Shown: positions 1-10,152 of the stretch, piece after piece
How positions within the stretch are numbered: the stretch's first letter is position 1
How the letters are laid out: every line of letters starts with the position of its first letter
Assembly: GCA_963705305.1 (NCBI GenBank)
Contig: OY970067.1
Location: forward strand, 2,752,001-2,816,000
From: an uncultured Methylomirabilota bacterium
GTDB taxonomy: Bacteria; Methylomirabilota; Methylomirabilia; Methylomirabilales; 2-02-FULL-66-22
Direction: 5' to 3'
Length of the DNA: 64,000 nucleotides
Notes under the pieces: model-generated
What the model saw: only the letters and a program-made list of their open reading frames with translations
The model's database searches: none
What the model was told of the DNA's origin: nothing
Position numbers and translations under genes: made by a program

Positions 1-318
1 GTGGGTGCTCCTGCATGGGTGGTGTCCGCGATGATCAGGTCCCGGGTCGTGAGCCAGGCCGGAAATCTCCCCGCCAAGGCCGCTCAGATCGCAAGCAACA
101 GCCACGGTGCATTCGGTCGGCCCGCATCCGGCCGACGAAGTGCGAACAGCGGCAAACTGGGCGCACAGGGTCGCGTCTCCGAGGCGTCGGGCCTCCATCG
201 GATCGAATGTCCCCCGCTCGGCATGGTGTCCGTCGATACCGCGGGCCGGACAAGTAGCCGGCCCGGACCTCCGCGGCCCGGTTGACCGGCCGGCCGGCCT
301 TCAAGGCAAGGAAGTGTC

Positions 319-3300
319 ATGATGGCGATGACGCATCGTGCGCGCAACCTCACAGCGGCAATTGGCATTACGGTTGGCGTGTTCGTTGTGGACTTGCATC
401 TGCCCGGATATGCCATCCGGCTATTCTATATCGTGCCGTTTCTCCTAGCCGCCGACGTGGCCGGGCCGCTGATGATCGTCTCCCTGGCGGGGACCAGCAC
501 GGTCCTGGTCGGACTGGATTTCCTGCTTGAGCCGCAGGTCCTGCCGACCGGTGTGGTGGTATTCAATGATTTCCTGTCAATCAGCGTGCTCTGGATTGTG
601 GCCGTCCTACTCATCCGTCGCCAGGAGGTGGAGGAAGAACGAAACATGGCCCTCCACGGCCTGCGATTGCGCGTCAACGAGCTGGTCATCCTTCATCACA
701 CGGCGCGGGCCCTCCAGGATCAGCAGAAAAAGACTCCCGAGGTGCTGCAGGAGATCGTCGGCTTGCTGCCGGGAGGGTGGCAGTACCCGCAGATCGCCGC
801 GGCCCGCGTCGCACTGGACGCGATGGAGTGGCGGACGCCCGGATTCGGCGAGTCCCCCTGGGCTCAGCAGGCAGACCTCATCGTGGCAGGGGCCAAACGG
901 GGGCAGATCGAGGTTCGGTACATGGAGGAGCGCCCACCGGCGCAGGAGGGGCCGTTCCTGGCGGAAGAGCGATCCCTGCTCAACTCGCTGGCCGACATGC
1001 TTCGAACGTATCTGGAGCGCCGGGAGGCGGACGAGGCGGTCCGACGCGCCAATGCGGAGCTGGAACGGCGAGTTGCCGAGCGGACGGCAGAGCTGGTACG
1101 GGCCAACGCCGACCTTCAGGCGGAGGTCACAGAGCGGGAGCAGGCCGTGGAGGTATGGCGGGCCAGCGAGGAGCGATACCGAACCCTGATCGAATTTGCC
1201 CCGGAGGCTGTGGCGGTCCGCCGGGGAGGCCGGTGGATCTATATCAACCCGGCGGGGGTCAGACTCTTGGGGGGCGCGACCGTCGGAGAGTTGATCGGGC
1301 AGGACGTCATGCGGTTTGTCCATCCGGCGGACCGGGCGGAGGTCGGCGAGCGGATGCGGCAGGTGGAGGAGCAGCGGCTCTCCACTGCGCCGATGGCGTT
1401 CAAAATGGTCCAGGTGGACGGTGGGATCATCAACGTCGAGGCCGTGGAAACCCCCACGATGTATCAAGGGGAGCGGTCGGCCCTGGCAATCCTGCGGGAC
1501 ATCACGGAGCACAGGCGCGCCGCGGAAGAGCGCGAGCGCCTGCTGACGGAGCTGGCGGGGGAGAAGGCCCGCTGGCAAGCCACCGTGGAAAGCATGCTGG
1601 ATCCCGTGACCGTCTGCGATGCCGAGGGTAAGGCGACGTACATGAACAGGGCGTATTCGCATCTGGTCGACCGCCAGATCCGGCCCGGCCTCGATCTGGA
1701 CGAGCACCCGGCGTTCTACCAGCTCTATCGGGGGGACGGCTCGCTCTTTCCCCCGGAGGAACTGCCGCTCCAGCGGGCGGCGCTGCGGGGCGAGGAGGTG
1801 CGCAACGTCGAGGTCGTCCAGCGAACTCCGGGCGGACAGGAGCTGATCGCCCTGTGGAACGCGGCGCCGCTGTATGATGGGGTGGGCCGTCCCCAGGGCG
1901 CGGTGGCCGTGGGGCGGGACATCACGGCGCTGCGGCGCGCCGAGCAGGCCCTCCGGCGGAGCGAGGAGCGGTATCGGACGCTGGCGGAGCACTTCCCCGA
2001 CATCATCGAGCGGTTCGATCGGGCAGGCGTGAATCTGTACGTGAACCGGGCGGGTGCCGAGGCGCATGGGACGGCGGCGGAGGCCGTGATCGGGAAGAGG
2101 ATCGAAGAGACGGGGATGCCGGAATCCGCTGCAAGGCGGTGGAGGGCCTGCATCCGGGAGGTTGTCGAAACCGGCCAGGAGCGCCAGTTCGAGGAGGAGC
2201 TCCGCCGGGAAAATGACGTCCGCTTCTTCCACTCGCGCCTGACGCCCGAGCGGGCGCAAGATGGGACGATCGCCTCCGTGCTGGCCATCTCGCGGGACGT
2301 AACCGAGCGCAAACGCGCCGAGGAGTCGCTGCGCAGGGCGCAGGAAGCCCTGGAAAGAAACCTGCGGGAGCGGATCGCAGCGTTGGTGGGCTCCGAGTTT
2401 CCGCTCGAGATCGACCCGGTGCCGTCGCTGTCGACCGAAGGGGGGATCCGCCGTCTGAGCCAGCTCCTCGCGCGCCGGGCGGGCGAGGTGGCCGCCCTCG
2501 ACCGGATCGGCGCGGCCCTCACCTCATCCCTGGAGCTGGAGGCGGTCCTGCGGCTGCTGGTGAACGAAGTCCGGGGGCTTGTCGCCACGGAGGGCGCCGC
2601 CGTCTTGTTGTACGATCCGGCGACCGACGAGCTCCGCTTTGAAGCGCTGGAGGGATCCGGCGTGGCAGCGCTTCGCGGCCGGAGCATCCCCGTCCGCAGG
2701 AGCCTGGGGGGGTGGGTGTTCCGCGAGCGACAGGCCGCCCTGGTCAATGATCCGCAGAGCGACCCCCGCGCCGCCGACTCGGCCTCCTCCCTGGCGCAAG
2801 CCGGGATCCGCTCATTGTTGGCGGTTCCCCTGATTGCGAAGGGGGCCGCCATCGGCGTCCTCGCAACGATCAACAAGCTGAGCGGGGACTTCACCGAGGC
2901 GGACCTGCAGAGCCTGGCGGGGATCGCCAGCGCCGCCTCGGTCGCCATTGAGAATGCCGGACTCTACCGCGAGCTGCGGGTGCAGCGGGACCAGCTGCGG
3001 GCCCTGGCGGCGCAGGCCATGCGCATCCGGGAGGAAGAGACCAAGCGCATCGCCCGGGACCTCCATGACGAGATCGGACAGGCCCTGACCTCGCTCTTGC
3101 TGGGTCTTCAGGGCATCGCCACTCTGCAGAGCGAAGAGGAGATGCGTCGCAGGGCCATGGATCTCCGCGCGCTGGTGGCGAAGCCCCTGGGGGATGTCCA
3201 GCGGCTGATCCGGGTTTTGCGGCCGGACGTGTTGGAGGACTTCGGGCTGGCCACCGCCGTCGAGCGGTACGCCGAAGGCTACGCGGCGGCATCCGGAGTT

Positions 3301-3690
3301 CACGTGGATTGTTATGTGCACGGCCTGGAGGGCTGCCGGCTGCCGCCCTCCGTCGAGACGACGCTGTATCGCGCCGCGCAGGAGGCCCTGACCAATGTGG
3401 CCAAACACGCCAAGGCCCTCCACGTGAGCGTCCTCATCCAGCGTCGCGACGGAAGCGTGGTGCTGGTCGTCGAGGATGACGGACAGGGCTTCGACGTCTC
3501 GGCCGTGCGGCGGCATGCGGGGGAGGCCGGGGGATTGGGATTGCTGGGGATGGAAGAGCGGGCGCTCCTCCTCGGCGGGACGGTCAAGGTGGAATCGGAG
3601 CGGGGCCGCGGGACGACCGTCGTCGTGGAGATTCCGCTGGGGGACTCGGAGGCGAGCGATGAAGAAAATCAGGATTCTCGTCACGGATGA
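319..3690 (+). CDS. Membrane sensor histidine kinase with multiple PAS domains, GAF, HisKA_3 and HATPase (NarX/UhpB type)
   Basis: N-terminal TM helices; PAS/PAC motifs (FVHPADR, RDITE, RDVTERK); GAF (LLAVPL); H-box EETKRIARDLHDEIGQALT; QEALTNVAKHA; EDDGQGF; GLGLLGMEERA. Confidence 0.93.
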   Translation: MMAMTHRARNLTAAIGITVGVFVVDLHLPGYAIRLFYIVPFLLAADVAGPLMIVSLAGTSTVLVGLDFLLEPQVLPTGVVVFNDFLSISVLWIVAVLLIRRQEVEEERNMALHGLRLRVNELVILHHTARALQDQQKKTPEVLQEIVGLLPGGWQYPQIAAARVALDAMEWRTPGFGESPWAQQADLIVAGAKRGQIEVRYMEERPPAQEGPFLAEERSLLNSLADMLRTYLERREADEAVRRANAELERRVAERTAELVRANADLQAEVTEREQAVEVWRASEERYRTLIEFAPEAVAVRRGGRWIYINPAGVRLLGGATVGELIGQDVMRFVHPADRAEVGERMRQVEEQRLSTAPMAFKMVQVDGGIINVEAVETPTMYQGERSALAILRDITEHRRAAEERERLLTELAGEKARWQATVESMLDPVTVCDAEGKATYMNRAYSHLVDRQIRPGLDLDEHPAFYQLYRGDGSLFPPEELPLQRAALRGEEVRNVEVVQRTPGGQELIALWNAAPLYDGVGRPQGAVAVGRDITALRRAEQALRRSEERYRTLAEHFPDIIERFDRAGVNLYVNRAGAEAHGTAAEAVIGKRIEETGMPESAARRWRACIREVVETGQERQFEEELRRENDVRFFHSRLTPERAQDGTIASVLAISRDVTERKRAEESLRRAQEALERNLRERIAALVGSEFPLEIDPVPSLSTEGGIRRLSQLLARRAGEVAALDRIGAALTSSLELEAVLRLLVNEVRGLVATEGAAVLLYDPATDELRFEALEGSGVAALRGRSIPVRRSLGGWVFRERQAALVNDPQSDPRAADSASSLAQAGIRSLLAVPLIAKGAAIGVLATINKLSGDFTEADLQSLAGIASAASVAIENAGLYRELRVQRDQLRALAAQAMRIREEETKRIARDLHDEIGQALTSLLLGLQGIATLQSEEEMRRRAMDLRALVAKPLGDVQRLIRVLRPDVLEDFGLATAVERYAEGYAAASGVHVDCYVHGLEGCRLPPSVETTLYRAAQEALTNVAKHAKALHVSVLIQRRDGSVVLVVEDDGQGFDVSAVRRHAGEAGGLGLLGMEERALLLGGTVKVESERGRGTTVVVEIPLGDSEASDEENQDSRHG

Positions 3691-4327
3691 CCATGCCGTC
3701 GTCCGGGCAGGGCTCCGGATGCTCATCAACTCCCAGCCGGACATGGAGGTGGTGGGGGAGGCGGCCGACGGTCGGGAGGCGATCCGGCAGGCCAAGACGC
3801 TCCTGCCGGACATCGTCCTGCTGGACCTCTCCATGCCCGGGATGGGCGGCATCGCAGCCGTCGAGCAGATGGGGAAGGACTGCCCGGAGGTGCGCGTCCT
3901 GGTCCTGACCATGCACGAGGATCCGGCCTATCTCCAGCAGGCATTGAAGGCGGGGGCGTCAGGGTATCTCGTGAAACGGGCCGCCGACACCGAGCTGGTG
4001 GCGGCGATTCGCGCCCTCACGCGGGGCGAAGTGTACGTCCACTCCTCCCTCACCGGGGCGCTGCTGGAGATGGCGTTCGACCCGAAGGGGGGCGGCCGGC
4101 CCGAGGATCACCTCAGGGATCTGAGCCGCCGGGAGATAGAGGTTCTCCGCCTGCTGGCCCTGGGCCATACCAACCGCCAGATTGCCGACAAGCTCTTCCT
4201 GAGCGTAAAGACCATCGAAACGTACCGGGCACGCCTCATGGAGAAGCTTCAGGTGTCCACCCGCGCCGCCCTGGTCCGCTTTGCGATGCAGCACGGGCTG
4301 CTATCCCAGGATGACGACCCCCGGTAG
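3659..4327 (+). CDS. NarL/LuxR-family response regulator
   Basis: ATG at 3659 overlaps the kinase 3' end; MKKIRILVTDDHAVVRAG, LLDLSMP, LSRREIEVL...HTNRQIADKLFLSVKTIETYR. Confidence 0.95.
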   Translation: MKKIRILVTDDHAVVRAGLRMLINSQPDMEVVGEAADGREAIRQAKTLLPDIVLLDLSMPGMGGIAAVEQMGKDCPEVRVLVLTMHEDPAYLQQALKAGASGYLVKRAADTELVAAIRALTRGEVYVHSSLTGALLEMAFDPKGGGRPEDHLRDLSRREIEVLRLLALGHTNRQIADKLFLSVKTIETYRARLMEKLQVSTRAALVRFAMQHGLLSQDDDPR

Positions 4328-4588
4328 GGCATCTCCCTCACAGGTTTTTTCGGGTTTTTCCTGACAGATTCTCCTGAAAAATCACAATCTCCCCGATAGT
4401 GTTGCGTCCGGGAAGGCCATATTGTGTGGACAGGCGGGTCGCGGGACGCAGACGGCGGTGGATGGCCCGCCCACGGTGACGGGCTGGCCTTTGAGGGTGG
4501 GACTTCGCGCGCGGGGAGGCAGGTGCTCCGGGCCAGCGCATATCTTCCGGGGGAGTAAGGCATGCGTGACGCATCCGGGGGGATCGGA

Positions 4589-5785
4589 ATGGCTCAGCCC
4601 CAGGACACGTCTCCGGCCCGGTGGGAAGAGGCGGTCGTCATCCTCGACGCCGGCGGCCGGCTCGCGTATTGGAACGGTGTGGCGGAGCGCCTCCTGCACC
4701 TTGGCGCCGAGGGCGCATATGCCGGGGCCCCTGGCGAGGTATTGCGGCGGTGCTGGACCACGCCCGAGAGCGAGCGCACCGCCATGGCGGAGCTGGGCGC
4801 GAACGGCTTCTGGCGGGGAGAGGCGACGCTCATCGAAAAGGGAGAGCGTCTGGAGATTGAATCCAGCATCAGCCTCCTGACCGGCCCCGATGGGAAGTCC
4901 CCCGGTATGGCGGTGGTGATACGGAACGTGACCCACCAGAAACGGGCAGAGGCCGCGCGGATCCAGCGCGCGGCAGCGCTCCAGGCCAAGCCGGATCGGT
5001 TCGAGGGCTTGTCGCGAGTGCTGTCCATCTGCGCCAGCTGCAAGCGGGTCCAGGACGGCAGTGAAGCCTGGCTGCCGGTGGAGGAGTATTTCAGTCGGAC
5101 GGCCGAGATTGCCTTCTGCCATGGGATCTGCCCCGACTGCATCCAACGGATATACCCCGAGCTCTACGAGCACCTGGCCAGCGGCTATTCAACCCGGCCG
5201 GAGGGGGGCAGGATCGGCCCCTGGCGGATGGAGGCCCACGCGTATGAGCCGACGAATACGAGACATCCGAGGGGGATGGGCGTGGCCTCCCCAACCGCCA
5301 AGGGAGGATCCCGTGGAGGAGTATCAAACGTTGTCCGCGACGCCGCGTTTCCTCCGGTGCCCGTGGATTCATGGCGATCAGGCATCCCCTCACTCACATC
5401 CGCTCCGGCCGGACTGCCGGGCAGGGCGAGTTCTGTGGATGCCCCAGGGGGAAGGCAAGCGGATCGGTCGAAAAGCGGGGAATTGAACCGTGAGGCCCCC
5501 GATTCGACCGATCTCCCGGATCGGCAGGGCGAATGGACCGAACGGCAGGCCCCTCCATCGAGGAGAGCACACCATGCGGACGATTGTCGAGTACACCCAG
5601 AAGAAGGCGCCCCAGAATCTGTACCCCAATCGGATCATCTCTCCGCCGCGGTCGGGGCCCTGCTGCTTCTCGGATATGGAAGAGATCGGCCAGCCCGAGC
5701 AGGATGGTCAATGGGTGTTTCAGTACCGACGCTGCCGGAGCTGCGGCTTCGCCGTGCGGGTCATCCTGAGAGACGTTCCCGATGA
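4589..5785 (+). CDS. PAS-domain protein with CxxC...HGICPDC metal-binding tail; the C-terminal ~190 codons are doubtful
   Basis: EAVVILDAGGRLAYWNGVAERL (PAS); ICASCKRVQDG..W..VEEY...CHGICPDC; low-complexity read-through after about 5190. Confidence 0.65.
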   Translation: MAQPQDTSPARWEEAVVILDAGGRLAYWNGVAERLLHLGAEGAYAGAPGEVLRRCWTTPESERTAMAELGANGFWRGEATLIEKGERLEIESSISLLTGPDGKSPGMAVVIRNVTHQKRAEAARIQRAAALQAKPDRFEGLSRVLSICASCKRVQDGSEAWLPVEEYFSRTAEIAFCHGICPDCIQRIYPELYEHLASGYSTRPEGGRIGPWRMEAHAYEPTNTRHPRGMGVASPTAKGGSRGGVSNVVRDAAFPPVPVDSWRSGIPSLTSAPAGLPGRASSVDAPGGRQADRSKSGELNREAPDSTDLPDRQGEWTERQAPPSRRAHHADDCRVHPEEGAPESVPQSDHLSAAVGALLLLGYGRDRPARAGWSMGVSVPTLPELRLRRAGHPERRSR

Positions 5786-5849
5786 GGCGTTGCTGACTGA
5801 GCTGCGGAAGATTCTCTCCACCGCGTTTACGCGAAACGTGCCCGATTAG
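5574..5849 (+). CDS. Small Cys-rich (zinc-ribbon-like) hypothetical protein, 91 aa
   Basis: AGGAGAG RBS before ATG 5574; CC and CRSCG motifs; typical coding codon usage. Confidence 0.7.
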   Translation: MRTIVEYTQKKAPQNLYPNRIISPPRSGPCCFSDMEEIGQPEQDGQWVFQYRRCRSCGFAVRVILRDVPDEALLTELRKILSTAFTRNVPD

Positions 5850-6339
5850 GACGCTCGGCAAAGGGGCCCGGGCCGCCGGTGTCCGGCCATCACGAGGGAG
5901 ATCGGCCCGGGTTCCCGCCGTGCCCTCGCCTTCGAGAGCTGCTGTCGGTTAGTTTCTCCCGCCTCCTCTGCCCATGATCTGCTCCTGGTCTCGAACGGCC
6001 GGCCGGGCTTTCGTCTCCGCATGCCGCTGCCTACCCTGCCCCACACGTCCGACTTACTGGCGTATGGCCCGACCCTGAGTCGAAGGGGGATCATCGTTCG
6101 ACGGTTTGTCTTAGGTCACGGGATAGAAAACACCGGACGGGCTCGAGGCCAGGCAGCGGGGCCCGCGGAGAGCGTCTTGGCTATGCGTCAGCGAGAAAGC
6201 GGAAGGCAGGTCACGGCTGGGTACGTGCCGGTTGCCGCGTTGGAACCGATCTTTGCATTCCTCTGACTGGTGTCTGCTCCAAAGATACCTACGGACAGGT
6301 GAGGTCGACTAAGCTTGAATCGGGAAGCCTGAAATCCGG

Positions 6340-6696
6340 CTAAAAGGTCCGGGGAACCCAGGGTGGGTGCTCTTCCTCGGCGATCTCGGCCACCATCTCG
6401 CCCGGTATTTCTCCCTCGAACTCGATACCAATCGCCCACCCGAAAATATCGGGATGCTGCTGCGACCAGGTCACCTTGCCCACCAGGGTGAGTGGTTCTC
6501 GTTTGCGGAGGCGCAGGGTGACCCGCACCCGCGTGCCCGCTGCCACGATATCGGCAGCCTGGAGCATAACGCCCCCGCTGCTCAGGTTCCTAGCCTCAGC
6601 CGGCCTTGCTTCCCAGACGGCGTCCACGGGCGCGGTGGCCGCGGGAACCCTGACAGGAAAACGGGGATGACGTGGACGGCGACGCTCGATCTTCAT
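6340..6696 (-). CDS. PilZ-domain protein
   Basis: RHPRFPV (RxxxR-like) and NLSSGG (D/NxSxxG) motifs; C-terminal GIEF. Confidence 0.85.
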   Translation of the reverse strand: MKIERRRPRHPRFPVRVPAATAPVDAVWEARPAEARNLSSGGVMLQAADIVAAGTRVRVTLRLRKREPLTLVGKVTWSQQHPDIFGWAIGIEFEGEIPGEMVAEIAEEEHPPWVPRTF

Positions 6697-6860
6697 GACG
6701 ATCCTTCCAATATTCTGGGGATCCCTGGGAGCCTCCTCACCCATGGCCATCGGAAACGGGCTGTCTCGCGCGTATGAGGCTATCCCAGCAGGTCTTCCCG
6801 GTCAAGCGAATGGGTGCGCTCGAAAGGGAAGACAGGACAGGAGGTGGGTGGCCGAGTGGA

Positions 6861-6988
6861 AAATGCAAAACCGACCACGGACAGCCGCGCCTTTGGAATG
6901 TAAAACCGACAACAGACAATCGACAACCGGACAACCGAAGGCCAGCCATTGGGCGGTTTTAAATTGTCGGTTGTCGGTTTTCAATTGC
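6861..6988. repeat. Degenerate heptamer (CAACCGA) tandem array followed by its inverted copy (TCGGTTG)
   Basis: aaaccga caacaga caatcga caaccgga caaccga ... tcggttg tcggttt tcaattg. Confidence 0.7.
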
Positions 6989-7084
6989 TGCCTGTGCCCT
7001 CCGGACGACGGCCTGGCGAGGCCAAGGGGAGGTTGTTCCCGCGTCGGGCGAAGTGGTACAATGATTTCCGCGGAGAGAGTGGGA

Positions 7085-7990
7085 ATGTCCTGCCCGGGGT
7101 ACCTCGAGCTGTCTGGCCAGGGAGAGTTGCGCCGGCGCGCCGAGGCGGCACGGAGGCTGCTGGATCCCTGCCGTCTCTGCCCGCGCGCCTGCGGAGCGCG
7201 CCGTCTGCGTGAAGAGACGGGCTTTTGCGGCGTCGGCGGCCGGGCGGTGGTCGCCAGCTACGGGCCGCATTTCGGCGAGGAAGGCCCGCTGGTCGGCACC
7301 GGCGGCTCGGGGACGATCTTCTTGTCGCGCTGCAACCTGGGCTGTCTCTTCTGCCAGAATGCCGAGATCAGCCAGGGCGAAGATGGCCAGAGTATGTCGC
7401 CGGCCGAGCTGGCCCACATCATGGTGGCGCTGCAGCGCCGCGGCTGCCACAACATCAATTTCGTCACGCCCACCCATCAGGTCCCCCAGATCCTCGAGGC
7501 CCTCCCGATGGCCGTGGAGCAGGGCCTCGGGGTGCCCCTAGTCTACAACTGCGGCGGCTACGAGTCGCCGGAGACCCTGCGGCTCTTGGAAGGAGTCTTT
7601 GACATCTACATGCCGGACTTCAAGTACGCGGACCCGGAGGTGGCCCGGCGCTGCTCGGGGGTGGAGGCGTATCCCCAGGCGGCGATGGCGGCCCTCCGCG
7701 AGATGCACCGGCAGGTGGGGGACCTCGACACCGACGCGCACGGAGTGGCCCGGCGGGGATTGCTGGTCCGCCATCTGGTGCTCCCCGACGACCTGGCCGG
7801 GACGGCCGCCGTCGTGGGGTTCCTGGCGGGCCTGTCGAGGGAGACATACGTGAATATCATGGACCAGTACCGGCCCTGCCACCGGGCGCACGAGCATTCG
7901 CCCCTGGCGCGGCGACCCAGCCGCGCCGAGGTGGACCGGGCGGTGCGCCTGGCCAGGGAGGCCGGCCTCCATCGCCTAGCAGGCTGCTGA
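7085..7990 (+). CDS. Radical SAM protein, PflX-like (pyruvate formate-lyase activating enzyme family)
   Basis: CRLCPRAC, HFGEE, CNLGCLFCQN (CxxxCxxC), HNINFVTPTH, DIYMPDFKY, RHLVLP. Confidence 0.9.
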   Translation: MSCPGYLELSGQGELRRRAEAARRLLDPCRLCPRACGARRLREETGFCGVGGRAVVASYGPHFGEEGPLVGTGGSGTIFLSRCNLGCLFCQNAEISQGEDGQSMSPAELAHIMVALQRRGCHNINFVTPTHQVPQILEALPMAVEQGLGVPLVYNCGGYESPETLRLLEGVFDIYMPDFKYADPEVARRCSGVEAYPQAAMAALREMHRQVGDLDTDAHGVARRGLLVRHLVLPDDLAGTAAVVGFLAGLSRETYVNIMDQYRPCHRAHEHSPLARRPSRAEVDRAVRLAREAGLHRLAGC

Positions 7991-8177
7991 AAAAGGCCCA
8001 TCTGCGGACACCCAGCTTTCGCTGGGTGCCCGCGCGCTCGCGTGGCGCTACGGCGTACAAGCGAAGTACGCCTCGCTCCTCGACGGGTACCCATCCCGAG
8101 GGATGGGTGACGGCGCCTTGCATCTGGACCTTTTTGAGCAGCCTGGGCGAAAACGGGTTTCTTCAGCATTCTGATAG
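7976..8177. mobile_element. MITE/REP-like non-autonomous element with nested terminal inverted repeats
   Basis: Left CTAG-CAGGCTGCTGAAAAAGG; inner right CCTTTTTGAGCAGCCTG (8129-8145, 16/17 match); outer right CTTCAGCATTCTGATAG; three internal hairpins. Confidence 0.7.
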
Positions 8178-8233
8178 ACGGATCCTGTTGATGGGAAGAT
8201 CATGAGTCGTTCAGCCGGGAGCGCCCCAACCCG

Positions 8234-9964
8234 ATGAGCAACGCGGAGGTCAGCCGCCTATTCGGCGAGATCGCCGACTTCCTGGAGATCAGGGGAGAGA
8301 ACCCGTTCCGGGTCCGGGCCTACCGCCGCGCGGCCCAGGCTGTGGAAGGGCTGCCAGAGGATATCCGGACCGTCGCCCTGCGGGGAGGCCTGACGGACAT
8401 CCCCGGCATCGGCAAGGATCTGGCGGCGAAAATCCAGGAATACCTCCAGCGGGGTGCGATTCAGTACCTGGCGGATCTCCGCAACGAGATTCCACCCGGG
8501 GTGGTGGAGCTGATGGGCATCCACGGGGTGGGCCCGAAGACGGCCAAGCTGCTATGGGAGCAGGCGGACGTGGACTCGGTGGAGAAACTGGAGGCCCTGG
8601 CCAGCGATGGCAGACTGGCGGGGCTCCCGGGGATCCAGGCCAAGGCGCAGGAGAACATCCTCAAGGGTATCCAGGTCTGGAAAAGCGGACAGGAGCGGAA
8701 GCCGCTGGGGACGGCCCTCCCGCTGGCCGACGCGATCGTAAAGACCCTGGGCGCGCTTCGGGGGGTGGATCGCATCGCCGCCGCCGGCAGCCTCCGGCGT
8801 ATGAAAGAGACCGTGAAGGATATCGACATCCTGGTCACCTCTGCGCGTCCGGCCCGGGTGATGGAGGTCTTCGTCGGGATGCCGAACGTCCAGGAGATCC
8901 TCCTTCGGGGAGACACGAAGGCGAGCGTGCGTCTCCGGGAAAACATCCAGGTGGACCTGCGGGTGGTCGAGCCGCAATGCTTTGGGTCCGCCCTCCAGTA
9001 CTTCACCGGCTCCAAGCAGCACAACATCCGGGTCCGCGAGCTGGCCCAGCGCAGGCATCTCAAGGTGAGCGAATACGGGGTCTTCGAGGAAGAGACGGAC
9101 CGGCGGGTGGCGGGCGCCACGGAGGAGGAGGTGTACGGGGCGGTCGGCCTGCCGCTGATCCCGCCCGAGCTGCGGGAGGATGGGGGGGAGATCGAGGCGG
9201 CCCTGGCCGGCCGCCTGCCCGAGTTGGTGTCGCTGGAGGATATCCGGGGCGATCTCCAGCTCCACACGACCTGGAGCGACGGCGCGCTTTCCCTGGAGGA
9301 GCTGGCGCGAGCGGTCCGCGCCAAGGGGTACGAATACATGGCGGTGACCGACCACTCGAAGTCGGCCACGGTGGCGGGCGGGATGAACGAGGAGCAGGTC
9401 GTCCGGATGATCGCCGAGGTTCGCGCCCTCAAGGCGCGGCTCAAGGGCTTCCACATCCTGGCCGGCTGCGAGGTGGACATCAAGGGCGACGGGAGCCTGG
9501 ACTTCCCCGACGACATCCTGCGCCAGCTGGACCTGGTGCAGGTGTCGGTCCACTCGCGCTTCAAGATGAGCCGGGAGGAGATGACGGCCCGGATCGTGCG
9601 GGCCGTGCGGCACCCCCTGGTGCACATCCTGGGGCACCCGACGGGTCGCCTCCTGGGAGAGCGGGCGGCCTACGAGGTGGACACGGAGGCGGTCTTCGCA
9701 TCCGCGCGGCAAGCCGGGACGGCGATCGAGATCAACGCCTCCCCCTCGCGCCTGGATCTCAGCGACGTGCACGCGCGCCGAGCCAAGGAGCTGGGGATCC
9801 CCATCGTCATCAGCACCGACGCCCACGCCGCCTCCCAGCTCGACCACATGCGCTTCGGCGTCTCGGTGGCCCGGCGGGCCTGGCTGACGGCTGCGGACGT
9901 TCTGAACACCGTCCCGGGGAGGACGCTGATCGCCTGGCTGGACCGAAAGCGGTCCCGGACCTGA
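8234..9964 (+). CDS. polX: DNA polymerase X / PHP-domain 3'-5' exonuclease
   Basis: ENPFRVRAY, GSLRR, DIDIL, QVDLR, YFTGSKQHN; PHP motifs HTTWSDG, TDHS, HPTGR, TDAH. Confidence 0.95.
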   Translation: MSNAEVSRLFGEIADFLEIRGENPFRVRAYRRAAQAVEGLPEDIRTVALRGGLTDIPGIGKDLAAKIQEYLQRGAIQYLADLRNEIPPGVVELMGIHGVGPKTAKLLWEQADVDSVEKLEALASDGRLAGLPGIQAKAQENILKGIQVWKSGQERKPLGTALPLADAIVKTLGALRGVDRIAAAGSLRRMKETVKDIDILVTSARPARVMEVFVGMPNVQEILLRGDTKASVRLRENIQVDLRVVEPQCFGSALQYFTGSKQHNIRVRELAQRRHLKVSEYGVFEEETDRRVAGATEEEVYGAVGLPLIPPELREDGGEIEAALAGRLPELVSLEDIRGDLQLHTTWSDGALSLEELARAVRAKGYEYMAVTDHSKSATVAGGMNEEQVVRMIAEVRALKARLKGFHILAGCEVDIKGDGSLDFPDDILRQLDLVQVSVHSRFKMSREEMTARIVRAVRHPLVHILGHPTGRLLGERAAYEVDTEAVFASARQAGTAIEINASPSRLDLSDVHARRAKELGIPIVISTDAHAASQLDHMRFGVSVARRAWLTAADVLNTVPGRTLIAWLDRKRSRT

Positions 9965-10152
9965 GCCGGAGGGCGGGGGCTGCAGCGCCGTGTATGGGCC
10001 CGGACGGCGGTCTGCGGTCAGCCCATGGGGGTGTTGACGCCCCGCGCCGATCAGAGTAGTATCCCACCCGGTTTTTGCTTCCGCGCGCCAGTCTCACACC
10101 CCAACACGTCCGTCGGGGGGCTGGCCGAACCTCCAGGCGAGGAGAAGGGATC

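Noticed and set aside
1..318. Short ORFs at the window start
   Set aside because: No recognisable motifs or RBS; the frame cannot be chosen.
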